Source: Macrostomum lignano
Lineage: Eukaryota
Direction of reading: 5' to 3'
Length of the DNA stretch: 64,000 nucleotides
NCBI GenBank assembly: GCA_002269645.1
Contig: NIVC01000633.1
Span: 310,001 to 374,000, forward strand
The number at the start of each line of letters is the position of its first letter. Positions within the stretch are counted from its first letter, which is position 1. This document shows positions 60,501-64,000 of the stretch, in pieces. The position numbers were made by a program, and so were the translations under genes. The notes below the pieces were generated by a model that was given only the letters and a program-made list of their open reading frames with translations, was not told where the DNA came from and searched no databases.

Positions 60501-62144
60501 GTACTGCTTCAAGGTCACAATTAAAAACAACTTTTTAGTTTTCTGACTAACAACTTGTCTTATAGAAAGCACTGCACTTGCAGTCTGCAGCTCGTACTCT
60601 ATGCTCTCTTCCTAATACCATTGTCAGCTAAATACTAGCAACTTGGCAGCTAGCAACCAGAACGCCTGCGAACAGCGTCTGCCGCCACCGCTGATAATGA
60701 ACTTTGCGGCAGTGGCGGCGTCTTCAGCGGCTTCGACCGAGTACTCTGGACTGCCCGAGCCGAAAACCAACGCTAGCGTTACTGCCAGCGCCGCCAGCGA
60801 GTCAACCAAAGGCGGTGAGTTACAGACTTCTCCGGCCGGCGCAGTCGAATGTAACGTCAACGAGCATCCCACCTCTTCTGGCGACGCGAGGGACAGAAAA
60901 AGCAACAGGTGGTTAATAGATGAGTTATCGCTTTAGTTCTTAGCTACGAGTATATTTACGTTGGTAATTTCTCGCAGAATCAGTACGATTATGACCAGTT
61001 TGTCCTGCCAAACTAAAGCAGTCTCTCCTCCCATCTCAGCTGTTTTCTCACAATTGCTTTCCTTCCTCTTCTATTAATCTGTATCTCTCCAAGAAACATG
61101 CGACTTGTTAAGATCCCAACGACTGACTAAATGAAATGATATTGTAGATTAACAAATGACTTGATAGTTTGATACCTTAGAAACACTTAGCAAGAAGCTG
61201 GTTTTGGAGTTAAAATATGAAAAAATACTTTTCCTGTCGAAGGGACAACCTTCTTAGCTTGTTGAAGTTCTTAACATTATTAACTTGATTTCAATGCGAG
61301 GGTTTAATTTTTCATCCACTGGCCCGCAGAAAGTCGACCGTTAGCCCGGAAAACAAATGCCCCATCAGCTGCGTCCTAACGTCGGCCGATTCTAGGATCT
61401 TTGTCGGCGACTCTGACGAGCCCCCGGTGGAAGCTCCCGACGCGCGCTTGATGAGCTCGGAGATTCAAAGCCGAATTAGCGGCTTGCCATCATCGTCTGA
61501 GTCGGGCAGACTGGGCACTCTGTCCAGCAGTCGGTGCACCAACATTTGCCAGGCCTTGCAGAGCAACGTCTTGATGGACAGGTAAATCAAACTGAGCATA
61601 GTTGGCTTGAGTACCAGGTAATCATACATTCCTCATCTGTTCTGTTCTGTCCTGATCCATCATCTGGAAAATCTCTATGTTTTCTTTTTATTGAAAGGAG
61701 CAATGTCACGTACTTAAAAGTAGATTTTCCAGTGTTTTTAAACTCTCAACTGAGCCTTCGGTGGGCACCTATCTTTATGAGTAAGTAAATGCTACCTGCA
61801 TGATATACTGCTCATTGTTCCAATTGGCCCCCCCCCCCAGATACTTGTCAAAGCGTGACGTCAGCGAGGCCACCCGAATCTGGCACAGGCAGCGCTGCGC
61901 CTACATCACGGCTGATTTAGTGCAGAAGGTGCTGCAGAATTCAGTCGACGCTAGCGAAGTGCCCGCAGCTAGCAGTGCCGCCGCAGTCAAGGCGTTCAAC
62001 AGCAGCACCAACAACTCGGTGGAGCTTGGCGTCGCCCCGAGCTCGAGGCCGCCAGTTCTGGCAGTTGCACAGCCGGCAGGCGTGTTTAGACGACCGATGG
62101 CTCACAGAGCACCCGGTCTGTCGTCCATTGCTAAGAAAATTTGA
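57600..62144 (+). CDS. Orphan Ser/Ala-rich protein, about 661 aa, exons 57600-57844, 58783-59345, 59901-60241, 60628-60908, 61330-61581, 61841-62144
   Basis: Six open segments joined by GT-AG introns with pyrimidine-rich acceptors. Phases match at all five junctions (2, 1, 0, 2, 2) and the total of 1986 nt ends in TGA. The start codon is uncertain. No known domain recognised. Confidence 0.7.
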
Positions 62145-63065
62145 ACCCTGCTACTTCAAGAAGACCAGTTTTTATGGGACAATCATTTATCAGTTGCAGA
62201 GACAACGATATCAATATGGTCACTGTTTATAGAGTTCCAGAGTCAGTCGGAGCTAAGGATATAAAGAGGGCAAGACAAAGATGAATTGTAGTTAGAGAAA
62301 CTCGCCATGACTGATTTGCTATGCTAATTTTGAGCTGCTCGCTGCCTGTCTGTAAATGCAGACTCGAACTTTGGATTGGAAGGCGAGAGTCACTTATCTG
62401 AAGTAACCACTCAAAGATATTTGCTCCACCGCACTCAACTATAAAGTTTGCAGTTGCATTCCTTAAAGATAAATAATAATCCTGAGCTTAAACTGAAAAA
62501 TGAAGTGACTATATTGAAGCTCTAGCTATTTGCGTCGAACTGTCTTTTGCGAATTGATTGTCTTGATGGAAAGTATCAATTTTTTGGTGCTGTGAAGTTT
62601 TCAGTTTTTTACTATTTCTGCAGCAATAACTTACACAAGTACTGGAATTTAACCAACTCCTCCTCCACCGGCTGAATTTATACAGAATAAATATTTTTCC
62701 TAAACGACTTTTTATTTCTTTCGCCGTCGCCGCCACAATTACCACGCGGGATTGAATTTGCGTAAATTTTAAAATCGCAACTTTGCAGTTTTGTATATGC
62801 AAAAGACTAATCGATTAGGCTCTATGAAGTGCAATTGCATGTAAATATACAGTACGTGTATTTTGTGTTTGACCACTATAGTAACCCTAGCATGCAAATG
62901 TCGCTCTCGTACTTATCGAAAGTTCGGATATCAAATGCCTCACTCGATAGCTACTATCACATACACGTACATATGCATGCCGTGGCCCTTCACATCTTAG
63001 TTGCCTTCAATGCATGCATTTAAATAAATTCTGTGAGCAGGAATTTAGTCATTGTCCGTGACTAT

Positions 63066-63375
63066 AAAAACAACAACAACAAAAAAAATACAGCAGCCCT
63101 TTTGGACAAGCCAAACTAGCTTTGTTGCTGTCAAATTAAAAGCGCGCGCAAGCGCAGAGTTGTGCGCAGAACAGCGAGTCCGCGAGGGTCAGAAATCTCT
63201 GCGTGTCTATAGAAGCAGGTCGACGAATCGCAGACTTCTCGCCTGACCAAAGCCGCCGCGGCCATTAAAGGGACAAGCAGCAGCACATCCTGCAGCGGCT
63301 TAGGGGATTACTGCTCTGCTTGGATGACGTGGCCGACCGTGTTGGTGGTGGCGGTCGGCAAGTAGCGAACACCGA
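63066..63375 (-). mobile_element. Short, internally deleted 3'-end copy of the RTE-like LINE
   Basis: Aligns to 63389-63765 with an about 80-bp internal deletion. Has its own (TTG)n tail at 63066-63088. Confidence 0.8.
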
Positions 63376-63388
63376 AGGCAGCTCGCAG

Positions 63389-64000
63389 AACAACAACAAC
63401 AACAAACTACAGCAACCCTGGGCAAGCCAATTAAGTTGGTTTGCTGTCAAAATGCGCGCGCAAGCGCAGATTTGCGCAGAGCAGCGAGTCCGCGGGGGTC
63501 GGAGATTTCAGCGTCTCTTAAAAGCAGGTCGACGAAACGCAGACTTTTCGCCTGACCAAGCCGCCGCGGCCCTTGAAGGGATGGCAGCAGCACGTCTTGA
63601 AGCGGCTCAGGGCAGTACTGCTCTGCCCAGATGACGTGGCCGCGGCCAGCTGTAGGCGCCGGATGTGCAGCAGCTGGCTGGGTCGGGAGAGCTGGGCCCG
63701 TCGGTATAACTCGTCATTGCTGGTGTTGGTGGTGGCGGTCGGCGAGTAGTGGACACCGAAGGGGCTCTTAGGAGTCCAGCGTGAGCGGCCTCGAGTTGCC
63801 GCTCCTGCGGGCCGTTCAGTGTCCACGTTTCAGCGTTGTAAAGGAGGACGTTTTCAATGACGGTCTGGAACAGCCGCCCTTTCAGCCGATCCGGCAGCGT
63901 GGGGCTCTGCAGGACAGTCCGCACGGTGCGGAATGCGCCCCACGCAAGCGCCCTGCGCCTTGCCATGTCCTCCGTGATGCTTGGCACCAGACCACCGAGG
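63389..64000 (-). mobile_element. 3' end of an RTE-like LINE (continues beyond the window)
   Basis: LFQTVIENVLLYNAETWTL and RRLQLAA(GH)VI..E.YCPEPLQDVLL are typical post-RT motifs. (TTG)n tail at 63389-63406. Frameshifts present. Confidence 0.85.

Noticed and set aside
60979-61077. Alternative terminal exon of the orphan gene after TTTCTCGCAG
   Set aside because: Phase-compatible but short, and the downstream exons give a longer fully consistent model; cannot be supported without RNA data.
1-64000. tRNA, rRNA or snRNA genes
   Set aside because: No cloverleaf, Pol III A/B boxes or rRNA-like sequence recognised by eye; a covariance-model scan was not possible.

Overview
Eukaryotic (animal) genomic DNA. 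GC3-rich exons, GT-AG introns packed with minisatellites, and the transposon content suggest a flatworm such as Macrostomum; this is inference only. Splicing across the arrays gives these genes: a 4-coding-exon Na+/K+-ATPase beta subunit (+, 9768-15981), an intronless class A GPCR (+, 26177-27184), a 7-exon NFX1 (+, 33084-42163), an intronless KChIP-type calcium sensor (-, 48647-49966), an orphan ORF (-, 53311-54024) and a phase-consistent 6-exon orphan gene (+, 57600-62144). About 25 tandem arrays cover roughly 24 kb (about 38% by my approximate boundaries). All 10 introns of ATP1B and NFX1 carry their own array, while the 5 introns of the orphan gene carry none. The first 7.6 kb and 54.5-64 kb hold transposon relics (Merlin, Mutator-type MITE, nested foldbacks, Tc1/mariner, hAT, piggyBac, two LINE types). 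No tRNA, rRNA or CRISPR was recognised. I cannot demonstrate a new biological system. The best leads are the one-array-per-intron architecture with shared cores, a degenerate hammerhead-like motif in an apparently spliced non-coding unit, an R3H-to-R3Y NFX1, a KChIP with a rearranged EF-hand pattern, and an orphan protein with AKAP-like helices. All translations and alignments were done by eye.
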